NCBI GenBank assembly: GCA_036676395.1
Contig: JAKFCY010000003.1
Location: 1 to 64,000, forward strand
Direction: 5' to 3'
DNA: 64,000 nucleotides
From: Bdellovibrio sp.
Lineage (GTDB): Bacteria > Bdellovibrionota > Bdellovibrionia > Bdellovibrionales > Bdellovibrionaceae
Shown one piece after another: positions 20,433-31,103 of the stretch (the stretch's first letter is position 1; every line of letters begins with the position of its first letter). The notes below the pieces were generated by a model. It was not told the DNA's origin. It was given only the letters and a program-made list of their open reading frames with translations, and made no database searches. The translations under genes and the position numbers were made by a program.

Positions 20433-21216
20433 CGTTATTCGTAAGAAATTTTTCTTCTGAAAAACGTTTTAACTCATACTCCTCTTGGCGTCTTTGGCGC
20501 TCAAGTTCATCCGGGGTATTTACTAATTTTGCCGACAGGACTGCCACAAAGCAGTCCTGGGCATTATGATCTAGATCAGTCAGCGGAGCCACGAATTCTA
20601 ATTTATACATAAATTCATTTTTTAAGGCTGATGCTGTTTCAACCACTGCATGCGGCGGAATTTCTGAATGCACAATACGACGCTCAGCTAAAGCCACAGC
20701 CACATCGCCAAAGATTTTTTCGACAACTGTCGCGTCTTTACGGGCAAACAATTGATCCCATGGTGTAGTTTCTAATTCATCTAAAGAATAACTGCATAAT
20801 GAATAATAATTAAATGTGCGGTAAACCTGACGGGTTCCCATATACACTTCAACAATATGATCGTTTTCTAAAATATTAAAAAATTCAGCCGGCGGCGCTA
20901 AACGTAATGAACGAAGCGCAAACCATAATAACTGTTTTTCTTGTACGGTATTGAAAAGTTCTTTTTGCTGTGAAGCCATCTGAAAAACATCTTTATAGAT
21001 TTTCAGACGGTTTGAAATAGATGTGAACTCTGAATCATCTAACTTTAATAATTTAATATCAGCCGTGTTAGAAAAAACTCTGAAAGTAGATCCAAGTTTA
21101 GCGGCCAGTTCATGCATGCGCAAAACTGTCGAACAAAACTCTTTGAATGTATTTGATAATTCTCTTGCTGCGGGACTCGTTGAATTTCTAAGAATCGATT
21201 CCGTAACCTGAGACAT
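20413..21216 (-). CDS. Hypothetical protein with a PAS-like C-terminal region
   Basis: HIVEVY..RQVYRTFNYYSLCSYSLDELETTPWDQLFAR resembles the PAS core pattern. GAGGTG RBS. Co-oriented directly downstream of the XRE gene. Confidence 0.55.
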   Translation of the reverse strand: MSQVTESILRNSTSPAARELSNTFKEFCSTVLRMHELAAKLGSTFRVFSNTADIKLLKLDDSEFTSISNRLKIYKDVFQMASQQKELFNTVQEKQLLWFALRSLRLAPPAEFFNILENDHIVEVYMGTRQVYRTFNYYSLCSYSLDELETTPWDQLFARKDATVVEKIFGDVAVALAERRIVHSEIPPHAVVETASALKNEFMYKLEFVAPLTDLDHNAQDCFVAVLSAKLVNTPDELERQRRQEEYELKRFSEEKFLTNNVRPLFE

Positions 21217-21246
21217 AAACACCTCTTCTGAATCAAAAAAACAGAA

Positions 21247-21528
21247 TTAACTAGCTTTTGTTTTTTTCTTTTTCTTAAAGATCTTAGCTTCAATAGAACG
21301 CTTAGAATCCGAAACCATTGCGGTAACAACTTGATCGCGACTTAATGCAAGCACGTCGATCAAATGGTGAAAACAATGTGATGGTGGCGCACATAAACCG
21401 CGCTCCCAGTTAGAAACAAATTGCACATGCACTTTCAATGACTGAGACAATTCAGTCTGCGTAAAGCCTGCGCTTAATCTTTTTTCTTTTAAATAAACAC
21501 CTAAGTTTTGAAAATCGCCTGTTTTCAT
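21247..21528 (-). CDS. XRE-family helix-turn-helix transcriptional regulator
   Basis: LKEKRLSAGFTQTELSQSLKVHVQFVSNWERGLCAPP. Confidence 0.9.
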   Translation of the reverse strand: MKTGDFQNLGVYLKEKRLSAGFTQTELSQSLKVHVQFVSNWERGLCAPPSHCFHHLIDVLALSRDQVVTAMVSDSKRSIEAKIFKKKKKTKAS

Positions 21529-21704
21529 TTATTTCGTGCCCCTATAATTACTATGATGATTTACGTTATACTAAAATATAATTCAGTTTAAAACACATCT
21601 TTGATATAAGTCTATTTTCAGTAAATACTTACATCACTGTCAATTCTATAGACATAGAATGTATTGTTTTTTTGTGCAAATAAAATATTATTTAAAAGTT
21701 ACGG

Positions 21705-22886
21705 CTAAACTTCAAAACGTTTAATATGCAAATAAGCAGGAATTTCAAGACCATAGATGCCATCCACCAACGTTTTTGCTGCATTAAAACTTAACCCCAT
21801 GCCATGCCCGGAACAGCCTGCTAGATAATGCAAATTGGGCTCGTCAGAAACTGCCCCAATTAACATTTGCCCATCGGGCGAATAGCCCATAATTCCGGCC
21901 CATTGCCTTGCGATTTCAGCCTGCGGCCCAAAGCGAAAGTGAGTCTTAACAAAATCAAACAAAGCTGTCTGAATAACTTCTGTTGTTTGATCGGCGTGGG
22001 TCTTCTCGGTTTCTGAAGCTAGGTTTCGGAAACCACCAATTAATAATTCACCCGTTGGCAGCTGACGAAAATAACAAAGATGCTTAGTTAAATAACATGG
22101 CCCCTTAACAAATTGGGGTAATGGCTTTGTTAAAAGTATTTGTCCGCGACCGGGAACAATCAATGTTGAAAACTTTGGATTAACCAAAGGCAAATAAGCA
22201 TTCACTGTGATCACCACCTGCGCTGCTTGCAATTCTTCTTTGTCTGTTTTGATAACAAACTTATCGCTGATTTTGCTTACACTTTGAACTTCAGAGTTTT
22301 CGTGAATATAAACATTAATTTTTTTTAAGATTTCACCTAGTAATTTCACCGGATGAATATACCCATCCCCTGCATAAACTACTCCGCCTTCAAAACCTGT
22401 CACGCCGTAATCGCGATCCATATCTGAAGCATTTACTGCATACACATCAATGCCCTCGGCGCGCATGGTTTTTATCGTCTCTTGATAATGCGCCCAACGT
22501 TCGCTGTTCGCAGCCACGGTGCATGAACCCGTAATTTTAAAATCAAGTTGCTCAGCTTGATCCTGGATAATGTGCTCTTGCAAAAGTTTACGATTAGTTT
22601 CTGAAAATTTCCAGATTTCGACAGCCTTGCCTAAACCAAACTGATCTTTAAGTTTAATAAAATGTTCTGTTGAACCACAAGTGACAAATCCGGCATTTCT
22701 GCCGGAGGCGCCGTAACCGATTTGATTTTTTTCGACGATGCCGATTTTTAAATCTGGATTTTTTTGTAACAACCAATAAGCTGTTGATAAACCGGCAATG
22801 CCCCCGCCCACGATCACATAATCATAATTTTTTAATTTTAGTGTGCCGGTGTTTAATTTAAAATCTTGCCAAAAAGATCGAGTCAT
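21705..22886 (-). CDS. FAD-dependent oxidoreductase (DAO/PuuB-like)
   Basis: IVGGGIAG, GASGRNAGF, WAGIMG, GCSGHGM. Confidence 0.9.
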   Translation of the reverse strand: MTRSFWQDFKLNTGTLKLKNYDYVIVGGGIAGLSTAYWLLQKNPDLKIGIVEKNQIGYGASGRNAGFVTCGSTEHFIKLKDQFGLGKAVEIWKFSETNRKLLQEHIIQDQAEQLDFKITGSCTVAANSERWAHYQETIKTMRAEGIDVYAVNASDMDRDYGVTGFEGGVVYAGDGYIHPVKLLGEILKKINVYIHENSEVQSVSKISDKFVIKTDKEELQAAQVVITVNAYLPLVNPKFSTLIVPGRGQILLTKPLPQFVKGPCYLTKHLCYFRQLPTGELLIGGFRNLASETEKTHADQTTEVIQTALFDFVKTHFRFGPQAEIARQWAGIMGYSPDGQMLIGAVSDEPNLHYLAGCSGHGMGLSFNAAKTLVDGIYGLEIPAYLHIKRFEV

Positions 22887-23434
22887 AAATATTTAATCAT
22901 CTCGACAGCCGTACAGCGGCAGGGTTTTCCGTCACGTACACAAGTGTAATCCACATCTATCCAATAGTTAGGATGCGTAGCCACGGGTTCAAAACCAAAC
23001 TTAGTTAAATAACGAATCGAAGAATTATTTGGCGATTCTTGCCAGGCATGCGTAACGATGGCTTCGGTTCCAATGGCTTTTAAACACTTGATTGCAGCCT
23101 CTGACAGCTGTGGCCCCCAACCTAAACCCTGAACTTCTGCAGATAAAAATAAACTTTGAAAATAGCCTGCTTTATCTTGCGCAACTTTCCATAATTCAGG
23201 ACGAAGCTTTGCACCTTTGCCTTTGCTCCAACTTCCCGGAGGGTACGCTAAGCGCAATCCCTGAATTTTATTATTGGCATCCACTAAAACAAAAGAATAC
23301 ATGACACCGTTTAATAGTGATTTTTGATAACACTCGTTTAGTTCTTCTAAACTAAAATAATTTTCACCGATTGTGGCATCGGTGAAAACTTTAATTTGTG
23401 TTAAATCATCTAAATGCAAGGGACGAATCTGCAT
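22883..23434 (-). CDS. GNAT N-acetyltransferase
   Basis: LFLSAEVQGLGWG and NNSSIRYLTKFGF. ATGA overlap with the oxidoreductase gene. Confidence 0.85.
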   Translation of the reverse strand: MQIRPLHLDDLTQIKVFTDATIGENYFSLEELNECYQKSLLNGVMYSFVLVDANNKIQGLRLAYPPGSWSKGKGAKLRPELWKVAQDKAGYFQSLFLSAEVQGLGWGPQLSEAAIKCLKAIGTEAIVTHAWQESPNNSSIRYLTKFGFEPVATHPNYWIDVDYTCVRDGKPCRCTAVEMIKYL

Positions 23435-23455
23435 TTAGTTATCTGCTCATATTAG

Positions 23456-24085
23456 CTATTCAGTGTCAATTTGGTAATCACTGGGCTGACGCTGCACTGT
23501 CGTGGCTTCGACAGATTTGCCGAATTTATTTTCGCTGCCATAGCCAGTGACCTCAACATACTGGCCCACATCATAGGCCTGAGTTGGCCTTCTGATATCC
23601 ATCGGCAGTCTTACCACTGAACCTTCAGTTAATAAAAATCCTGAAATTTCACCAGTGGGTTCAATCAACAAAGTATCGATTTCACCATGCACCGTCATAT
23701 TATTAAGATCTTTAAAAGCTTCGCGGCGTTCACGTTTAGGTGCGAGCATTTTTCCTTTAGCTTCAGAAGTGATTAAAATTTCATTAGCATTTTTAGGTGT
23801 AACAATTTGTTTTGCCCACATAGAATTTGACGAAGTCTCGTCACCCTTTATAGTGACTTCATCACCAACCGCCACTGAATCCGTGATCAAAGTTGACATC
23901 TGTCCAGGAAAACGAATCTGCATTCCATCTTCTAAAATAAAACCATCGACGGCGCCATCAGCTGTGGTGATAAATCGATCGACAACACCTGAAGCTTGCC
24001 ACGCGGTCTTTTGCCCCATGCTTGTACAACCTGAAGTCATTATTCCCCAAATAGTAAAAACGACTAGATTAATCAACAGCTTCAT
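23456..24085 (-). CDS. Lipoprotein with two OB-fold-like repeats
   Basis: Lipobox TSGC. Repeats G.VDGFILEDG.QIRFP...GDEVTIKG and GEISGFLLTEG.VVRLP...GQYVEVTG. Confidence 0.7.
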   Translation of the reverse strand: MKLLINLVVFTIWGIMTSGCTSMGQKTAWQASGVVDRFITTADGAVDGFILEDGMQIRFPGQMSTLITDSVAVGDEVTIKGDETSSNSMWAKQIVTPKNANEILITSEAKGKMLAPKRERREAFKDLNNMTVHGEIDTLLIEPTGEISGFLLTEGSVVRLPMDIRRPTQAYDVGQYVEVTGYGSENKFGKSVEATTVQRQPSDYQIDTE

Positions 24086-24145
24086 AAAAAGTTCTCCTAA
24101 TTCAATATCAGTGAATGTTAATCTAAATTCAGCAAGGAAAGTGCC

Positions 24146-25753
24146 ATGAAAAAAAAGGCCGAACTGCCTTACAATCTTGAAGAAGGAACTCCTCTAACCT
24201 ATTACCGATTAATTTTGGCGATCAGTGGTGTAGTTTATCTTTTATGGTGGTACCTGACGGATTACTTTTTACCACATTCTTTTAATCCGATTTACAGCCG
24301 CCTAGTGGCAACCTCTTGTCTTTGGCTAATTTTTATCGCTACCTATTTTTCTGAACACGTTCGTAAACATATCGACTTTTGGTTTTCAGTGGGCGCCTGG
24401 TCAGTGACTCTTCATTTTTATTATTTATTTTACAACAACCGCGCAGACTTAACCTGGGTTTGGGGTTGTTATATGGCGGTCGTCGCCGTCGCTGCCATGA
24501 TGCAAACCATGCGTTCGATGGTCAGTTACGTTCTTTACGTGGCCGTACTTTCAATTATCATAAATTATTTTAGTCCGAATTTAAGCACGGTATTGTTCTT
24601 ACCAGGAATTCTAACAATATTAGTTGTTGGTTTTGTTGGCATGCGCTCAAGACTAAAACTGATCAGCCAGGTTCGCGAAAGCGCACTGCAAATTCGTCGT
24701 TTATTAGACGCCACGTTTGAAGGAATGTGTCTTCATGATGGTGAATTTATTCTTGATGCCAACGACTCTATGGTAAAAATGTTCGGTTATAACCATCGGC
24801 ACGAAATTGTTGGCAAGCCTATTTTTGCCCTGTGTACTGTTGAGTCAGCACAACTGGGAGCCATAAATATCGCAACCCAGACTGAATCCTCTTATGAAGC
24901 TAGGGGAGTCCATAAGAATGGCTCTGTTTTTCCTATCGAAATTCGCGCTAAAACTTATACTTTAAAAGATGGTGCACTTGGGCGAGTTGTAGCCATTCAA
25001 GACATTACAGAGCGTAAAAAAAATGAACAGACAAAAATTTTATTTGAAGCTTCGCAAGAAGCGTTACGCATCAGAAATGAATTTATTTCGATCGCTTCTC
25101 ACGAATTAAAAACGCCGCTAACAAGTATTAAACTGCAAACGCAGATGACTCAAATAGCCGCTGAAAAAAATGAAGCACAAGCCTACAGCCCCGAACGAAT
25201 GAAAAAGTTTGTGAATCAAATTGACCGACAGGCAGATCGTTTAGCTAATTTAATCGAAGACATGTTAGATGTTTCACGAATTTCTTTAGGAAAACTATCT
25301 TTAGATATGCAGCCGACTTCATTAAATTCATTAATCGAAGAGACCTTAGAATCGATGGCTGAGTTAATTAAGCAAAATGGTAACGAAATTATTCGCAAGC
25401 TCGACACTCAGGTCGTGGCAAACATTGATCGTTTTCGTATGGAGCAGGTATTAATTAATTTACTGACGAATGCCATCAAATACGGTGAAGGCAAGCCGAT
25501 CACTATCAGCTTAAGCAAACGCGGTGGCGAAGCTTCACTTTCAGTGCAGGATCAAGGCATGGGTATCGCCAAAGAAAACCAAGAAAGAATTTTTGCCCGC
25601 TTTGAACGCGCAGTGGCCGCAAAAAACATTAGCGGACTAGGCTTAGGACTCTATATTTCACAGCAAATTGTTCAGGCTCATCGCGGAACCATTATAGTAA
25701 AAAGTGCCCCGAACGAAGGGGCTTGTTTTATCGTAAATATTCCAGCAGAATGA
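24146..25753 (+). CDS. Membrane-bound PAS sensor histidine kinase
   Basis: Multiple N-terminal TM helices, PAS domain, SIASHELKTPL, NAIKY, DQGMG, GLGLGL. Confidence 0.9.
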   Translation: MKKKAELPYNLEEGTPLTYYRLILAISGVVYLLWWYLTDYFLPHSFNPIYSRLVATSCLWLIFIATYFSEHVRKHIDFWFSVGAWSVTLHFYYLFYNNRADLTWVWGCYMAVVAVAAMMQTMRSMVSYVLYVAVLSIIINYFSPNLSTVLFLPGILTILVVGFVGMRSRLKLISQVRESALQIRRLLDATFEGMCLHDGEFILDANDSMVKMFGYNHRHEIVGKPIFALCTVESAQLGAINIATQTESSYEARGVHKNGSVFPIEIRAKTYTLKDGALGRVVAIQDITERKKNEQTKILFEASQEALRIRNEFISIASHELKTPLTSIKLQTQMTQIAAEKNEAQAYSPERMKKFVNQIDRQADRLANLIEDMLDVSRISLGKLSLDMQPTSLNSLIEETLESMAELIKQNGNEIIRKLDTQVVANIDRFRMEQVLINLLTNAIKYGEGKPITISLSKRGGEASLSVQDQGMGIAKENQERIFARFERAVAAKNISGLGLGLYISQQIVQAHRGTIIVKSAPNEGACFIVNIPAE

Positions 25754-25760
25754 CCAAGCT

Positions 25761-26135
25761 ATGAACGCCATCACTAATAAAATTCTTCTTGTTGAAGATG
25801 ACATTGATATCCAAGACAATCTAAGAGCTTTTCTTGAAATGGAAAACTTCGAAGTCGAGTCTGTTGCCAATGGCAAACAAGCCATCGAGCTGATGCAAAA
25901 AGAAGGACGCCCGCGTCTTATTTTGTTAGACCTGATGATGCCGATCATGAACGGTTATGAAATGTTAGCCGAGATGAAAAAAATGAATCTTTTCAAAGGT
26001 AATCCTTCACCAATTATTTTATTATCTGCTGCAACTGATATCGAAGAAACTGCTCGCCAACAGGTGACTAAATTTATTCGTAAACCCATTGCTTTAGATA
26101 AGTTGTTGCTTACGATCAAAGAAATCTACGGCTAA
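25761..26135 (+). CDS. Single-domain response regulator
   Basis: ILLVEDD, LLDLMMP and KP motifs. Directly follows the kinase. Confidence 0.9.
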   Translation: MNAITNKILLVEDDIDIQDNLRAFLEMENFEVESVANGKQAIELMQKEGRPRLILLDLMMPIMNGYEMLAEMKKMNLFKGNPSPIILLSAATDIEETARQQVTKFIRKPIALDKLLLTIKEIYG

Positions 26136-26195
26136 CTTATTGTCCGGCTCGAAAAATGCTATAATACGTCTCGTAATTAAATTTATGAGGTGTTT

Positions 26196-27326
26196 ATGCA
26201 AACAAGAGTCAAAAACGAACTTTTAATGCTTTGTGGTTTAGGGACATTAGCCCTACTGCGTGCAAAGAGAAAACGATTAGCCCTAGTGCCTGCGATGGCC
26301 AGTGGCTATCTATTAACCCGCTTATTAATCGAAAGTACAAACCCGCAATCTTTTCGCGGGCAATCGGCTATCATCACTGGCGGTTCACGCGGGTTAGGCC
26401 TTGCCTTAGCGCGGGAACTCGTCAACGAAAACTGCAATGTCACTTTACTTGCGCGTGACGAAGACGAATTAAAACGTGCAAAAAAAGAATTAGATAAATT
26501 CAACAGAGGCGAAGTTCATATTGTCGTCTGTGATATCACCGATAATGTGCAGTTAAGTAAAGCCATTCATGAAGCAGCTGATTTATACGATGGTGTTGAT
26601 TTGTTAATTAACAATGCCGGCGCAATTGTTGTTGGCCCGTGGGAGAGCATGACGCAACAAGATTTTGAAGCGCAAATGAATGTTCATCTCTATGCCACGA
26701 TGAATTCTATTCGTGTGGCCTTGCCATTTTTACGTCAAAAAACCAGCGCTAAGCGCATCGTAAATATTTGTTCGATGGGCGGACGCGTAGCTGCACCGCA
26801 CATGTTACCTTATGATACTTCGAAATTTGCACTATCAGGATTTTCACAAGGTCTTGCCACTGAGTTGTATGACGAAGGTATTTCAGTAACAACAGTTTAT
26901 CCGGGAATGATGCGCACAGGGTCACCGATACAAGCAGTATTTAAAGGTGAACATGAAAAAGAATTTGCGTGGTTTCAAACTGCAGATGTGATTCCGGGAT
27001 TTTCAACTTCGGCCCGTGATGCCGCTAAAGAAATTATTCAAGCAGCGCGTGAGCGGCGTTTTGAATTAATGCCTTTTTTACCTGCGAAATTGCGCTTAGG
27101 TTTAGCTTCGTTTTTTCCAGAACTGGTAGCCTATACAATGGTGCTATTAAATCGCTTGTTACCACAAGGACAGTCTGGTGAATATAAAACCGGAGCCCAA
27201 AGCCGAGAAATTTTTGATAAATCTATTTTGACCAAAGCTTTTAAATCTTCAGCGCGTAAAGCCGAAAAAGATTCAAATCAATGGCCCAAAGTCGACGCCA
27301 AAGAAAATATGGGAGTCTTACACTAA
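26196..27326 (+). CDS. Short-chain dehydrogenase/reductase
   Basis: TGGSRGLG, NNAG, YDTSK. Confidence 0.9.
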   Translation: MQTRVKNELLMLCGLGTLALLRAKRKRLALVPAMASGYLLTRLLIESTNPQSFRGQSAIITGGSRGLGLALARELVNENCNVTLLARDEDELKRAKKELDKFNRGEVHIVVCDITDNVQLSKAIHEAADLYDGVDLLINNAGAIVVGPWESMTQQDFEAQMNVHLYATMNSIRVALPFLRQKTSAKRIVNICSMGGRVAAPHMLPYDTSKFALSGFSQGLATELYDEGISVTTVYPGMMRTGSPIQAVFKGEHEKEFAWFQTADVIPGFSTSARDAAKEIIQAARERRFELMPFLPAKLRLGLASFFPELVAYTMVLLNRLLPQGQSGEYKTGAQSREIFDKSILTKAFKSSARKAEKDSNQWPKVDAKENMGVLH

Positions 27327-27330
27327 CCAG

Positions 27331-28608
27331 CTACACTGATTCTAGAATTGCAGCGACACCCATTCCACCTGCAGTACAGATAGAAATTAATCCGCGCTTT
27401 TTACCACCACTTGCTAATAACTTAGCAAGTGTGCCGGTAACACGTGTACCAGTAGCTGCGAAGGGATGTCCCATCGCGATACTGCTTCCAACCACATTCA
27501 TTTTAGCTCTATCAATAGAACCAATTGGTGATTTTAATCCTAAAACATCTTTACAATACGCAGCAGATTCCCACGCTTTTAAATTACAAAGAACTTGCGC
27601 CGCAAACGCTTCGTGAATTTCAAAATAATCAAAATCTTTAAAGGTTAATTGATTACGCGTTAACAATTGTGAAACGGCCTTTGTTGGCGCCATTAATAAA
27701 CCGGCACCATGAACAAAATCAACTGCCGCGACTTGCACATCAATCACTTTAGCCATCGGAAATAATCCCATTTTTTGCGCCGCTGCTTCGCTGCCTAAAA
27801 GCACACACGATGCACCATCTGTTAACGGCGAACTATTTCCCGCAGTCAGAGTTCCGTTTTGCGGATCAAATGAAGGTTTTAATTTAGCTAAACGTTCTTT
27901 GCTGGTATCAGCCCGCAAAGTCGCATCGCGGGTGATGTTATGAAATGGAATCACTAAGTCTTCAAAAAATCCAGAATCATAAGCTTTTGCACCATTGATG
28001 TGACTGTTGTAAGCCACTTCATCTTGTTCTTCGCGCGCAATTTTCCATTCTTTCGCCATTAATTCACAGTGTTGGCCCATTGACATCAACGTGCGTGGTT
28101 CAGTCACTGAGGCGGCTCTTGGTTTAAACATACCAAGAGAGGCTCCTGACAATGCGCTCATGCGCGCACCGAAAGTTTTTGCGTTATTCATTTTCATTAA
28201 AAATTTTCTGAATTTATCAGAAACTTCGATTGGAAAATCACTGTTCGTGTCAACACCGCCGGCGATACCGATATCAATTGCACCAGTGTGAATTTTCATC
28301 GCGATTTGCCAAACGTTATCAAGACTTGTAGCGCACGCCCGTTGCGTGTTGTAAGCCGGAGTATTTGGATCAAGTTCGGTTTCTAAAACACATTCACGCG
28401 CTAAATTCCAATCAGCAGAACTATTCATCAGGCAGCCTAACGCCACATCACCGATTAATTTTTTTTGCAGATTATTTTTACGAATTAAACCGTTTAATGC
28501 AGCCACCATTAATTCTTTACGGGTGACATCGGCATAAACCGTTTGGCTTTTCGCAAAAGGTGTTCGTGAACTTCCTAAAACATAGACTTGGTTTGCATCT
28601 GATTTCAT
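27331..28608 (-). CDS. Acetyl-CoA C-acyltransferase (thiolase, FadI-like)
   Basis: RTPF, RACATS, HEAFAAQ, GHPFAATG, CTAGGMG. Confidence 0.9.
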   Translation of the reverse strand: MKSDANQVYVLGSSRTPFAKSQTVYADVTRKELMVAALNGLIRKNNLQKKLIGDVALGCLMNSSADWNLARECVLETELDPNTPAYNTQRACATSLDNVWQIAMKIHTGAIDIGIAGGVDTNSDFPIEVSDKFRKFLMKMNNAKTFGARMSALSGASLGMFKPRAASVTEPRTLMSMGQHCELMAKEWKIAREEQDEVAYNSHINGAKAYDSGFFEDLVIPFHNITRDATLRADTSKERLAKLKPSFDPQNGTLTAGNSSPLTDGASCVLLGSEAAAQKMGLFPMAKVIDVQVAAVDFVHGAGLLMAPTKAVSQLLTRNQLTFKDFDYFEIHEAFAAQVLCNLKAWESAAYCKDVLGLKSPIGSIDRAKMNVVGSSIAMGHPFAATGTRVTGTLAKLLASGGKKRGLISICTAGGMGVAAILESV

Positions 28609-28724
28609 AAGCTGATGTTAGCACTGCAACATACGCCCGCCAACCTTAGACCTTAGTCGTAGTTCGTCAAATGCCGCCGAAGGTCAGTTTGTCATCTGAC
28701 TTTGTTCTAAGTCATAATATGAAT

Positions 28725-30434
28725 ATGAAATCTATATACATCTTATTGTGTAGTTTAACTATCTTTGCGGCTTGCGAAAAAAAAGCAGCCGGTGAAATGA
28801 CTACAGTAACGTTGACCATGCCTGATCTTTCGCTCAACAGCAGACAAAACGTTTACACACGCGCCGCTTCTGCACCGGCCACAATTGACGAAGTGAATTG
28901 TTTTGCGGTGATGGTTTCAGGCCCAGAACCTTTTTTAAATCGCACAAGCTGTTCAGTTGTTGATAGTGTTGGTTCTCAAGTCGCTACGGCGAAAAGAACT
29001 GGTTTATTTCGGGGCTTAATTCCAAGTGGCGGCGTGATTACGTTATCCATTCCTGCCGGGGCAAGCCGTCAATTTACCCTGTTTGGCGTAAAAGCAAATC
29101 CACTTTCGGCTTGTATTGATTTTAATAGTCCGAATGCTTCAACAGAATTTACTTCTGATTTATTTCTTGTCGGCGAATCGGCTTCAGTTGATTTACAACC
29201 TGGTGTTACAGTGGCAGTGCCAATTAAATTACCGACAGCGGGCACTGCGTTTAACACAGGAAGTTCGCGCATTGGTGATTGCACCGGCCCTGATTCTCCC
29301 TATAAAACGCGCATCCTGCCAACGAAAGCCGAAGTCGTTAAAGATTATTTTACCTACGATGCCTTTCCAGCTAATTCTTGCAGCTCGGTGAATATTAATT
29401 TTACCGATGACGTCGGTCGTTCAGGCGCAACAGCGTTTCCTTACAATATGATTCTAGAACGTGCCGATGTAGATGGTGGCGGAACTGTGGGGTCATTCAC
29501 CTCATTTGCGATGTTCACTCAACCAAATTGTTCGGTCTCATTCTTTAATGAATTTACAGTGCCTGCAAACACACGTTCAATACCAGTGTACTTTAATACT
29601 ACGGCTTCACCTTCGGTTTCGGGTTTTCAATTTCGCATAAGACCCGGAACAACATCACCTTCCCCTTATGCCCAAACCACTACACCAACTTTTTTAATTC
29701 AGGAAAATAGTTCTGCCTCGATCGATATTTTTGGTCCGCGCAGAGTGATCAAAGATATGTGTTATAACTTGGTTGGCACATTTAAAACAGCTGACAAGAC
29801 AGTGATCAGTGGAACAGCTTACACACCTTCATATCCTGATATTCAAGGTCGCGTATTTCCTGAAAAATTTTGTACAAACACACAGATTGCCAGCGGAACA
29901 GCTCATGCAATTACAATCAATTCAAATTTCGATTTCTCTATTCGTTACGATCAAGACATTTTTACGCCGACATATTTTACTTTAACACCGACGATCACTT
30001 CAGCGACAGTAACTTTTCCGGCAAGATACCCGCTTCAAGTTGTCGGCGGATCTCGCAATCCGACTTTTTTGCGGCCAGAATTACCACCAAATTTACCGGC
30101 AGCAACCACTGGATGTTTTGGACCATTTCAGGTCTTAGTTGAAAACGAACGCGGAGCCGCCTTAGTGACCGAAGGTACGATTGTCGTTTCATTACTTTCA
30201 GGGGCACCTGCAAATGTTGCCATTTTTAATAATAATATTTGTAATCAGACTTATGCTTCATCATTTACTGATGATTATCGCCGGGTATTTTATGTGGGGG
30301 TAAGTACAACGGCAGTTGTTGCTAATACGACAGTCAGCTTTAGTGCTGCTGGCCAGATTGACCATCCAGATGCACCAGGAAACGCAACTTACACCACAAG
30401 TCTTACGACCGTGGTGAATCTTGAATTTAAATAG
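28725..30434 (+). CDS. Hypothetical Cys-containing, beta-rich lipoprotein
   Basis: MKSIYILLCSLTIFAAC lipobox followed by several beta-rich repeats with paired Cys. Confidence 0.7.
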   Translation: MKSIYILLCSLTIFAACEKKAAGEMTTVTLTMPDLSLNSRQNVYTRAASAPATIDEVNCFAVMVSGPEPFLNRTSCSVVDSVGSQVATAKRTGLFRGLIPSGGVITLSIPAGASRQFTLFGVKANPLSACIDFNSPNASTEFTSDLFLVGESASVDLQPGVTVAVPIKLPTAGTAFNTGSSRIGDCTGPDSPYKTRILPTKAEVVKDYFTYDAFPANSCSSVNINFTDDVGRSGATAFPYNMILERADVDGGGTVGSFTSFAMFTQPNCSVSFFNEFTVPANTRSIPVYFNTTASPSVSGFQFRIRPGTTSPSPYAQTTTPTFLIQENSSASIDIFGPRRVIKDMCYNLVGTFKTADKTVISGTAYTPSYPDIQGRVFPEKFCTNTQIASGTAHAITINSNFDFSIRYDQDIFTPTYFTLTPTITSATVTFPARYPLQVVGGSRNPTFLRPELPPNLPAATTGCFGPFQVLVENERGAALVTEGTIVVSLLSGAPANVAIFNNNICNQTYASSFTDDYRRVFYVGVSTTAVVANTTVSFSAAGQIDHPDAPGNATYTTSLTTVVNLEFK

Positions 30435-30435
30435 C

Positions 30436-30855
30436 TTATTTTTTTACAACTTGGCGGTTTACTAAAACCGTCAATGTGAAACTTTCAGGACCATCATCTT
30501 CACCGACAGTAATGCTTCCTGATTTACCATTAGTTACGATCATCTCTGGCGTTGAAAGAATTTCGCGAACGCCTTTAACTAATCTTCCGATAACTAATTT
30601 CAAATGAATTTTATCAAGTTCGCCGTCGATTTCTTCTGGAGTGACTTCCATAAAGCTGCCGGTGCCATTTGAATATTTTTGCTGAACTTCAGACTTTTCG
30701 CCCTCATTGGCTAATAAACCTTGAGATGCGACATGTTTGCCGTTCAAAGTCAGATCAACATTTAATTTATAGATTGGTAAACCCTGCTTAGGGTTGGTAG
30801 CCGCTATTGCGGTAGAAAGAAATAAAAACGAAACTAATAACGTCGACTTAAACAT
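30436..30855 (-). CDS. Hypothetical secreted protein
   Basis: AAGGAG RBS, signal peptide, beta-rich domain. Confidence 0.65.
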   Translation of the reverse strand: MFKSTLLVSFLFLSTAIAATNPKQGLPIYKLNVDLTLNGKHVASQGLLANEGEKSEVQQKYSNGTGSFMEVTPEEIDGELDKIHLKLVIGRLVKGVREILSTPEMIVTNGKSGSITVGEDDGPESFTLTVLVNRQVVKK

Positions 30856-31027
30856 CTGAGACTCCTTAAGCTTGATAAAACTTAAGAAAGTTTAAACGAC
30901 AAAATGTGAAAAATCATGCATAGCTTTGCATAATCATTTCTTAAAAACAGATACTCATACTAAAGTCTAGTAACGAAAATTCAGTCACAATAGAATTTAA
31001 TTACACTTTTACCCTTCATCATAAGAT

Positions 31028-31060
31028 TTGCTGGCCTCGAGCCTATCTCTAGGCCAGCAA
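31028..31060. terminator. Hairpin downstream of the flagellin pair
   Basis: Inverted repeat ttgctggcct / aggccagcaa. Confidence 0.5.
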
Positions 31061-31103
31061 TCCCAAGGATTTATGGATAAAACGTGGATCAGAATCTACT
31101 CAA

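Noticed and set aside
21705..23434. FAD oxidoreductase + GNAT pair as part of the diiron-enzyme cassette
   Set aside because: It is separated by a ~175-bp AT-rich spacer with its own likely promoter for the XRE gene. Linkage cannot be supported without comparative data.
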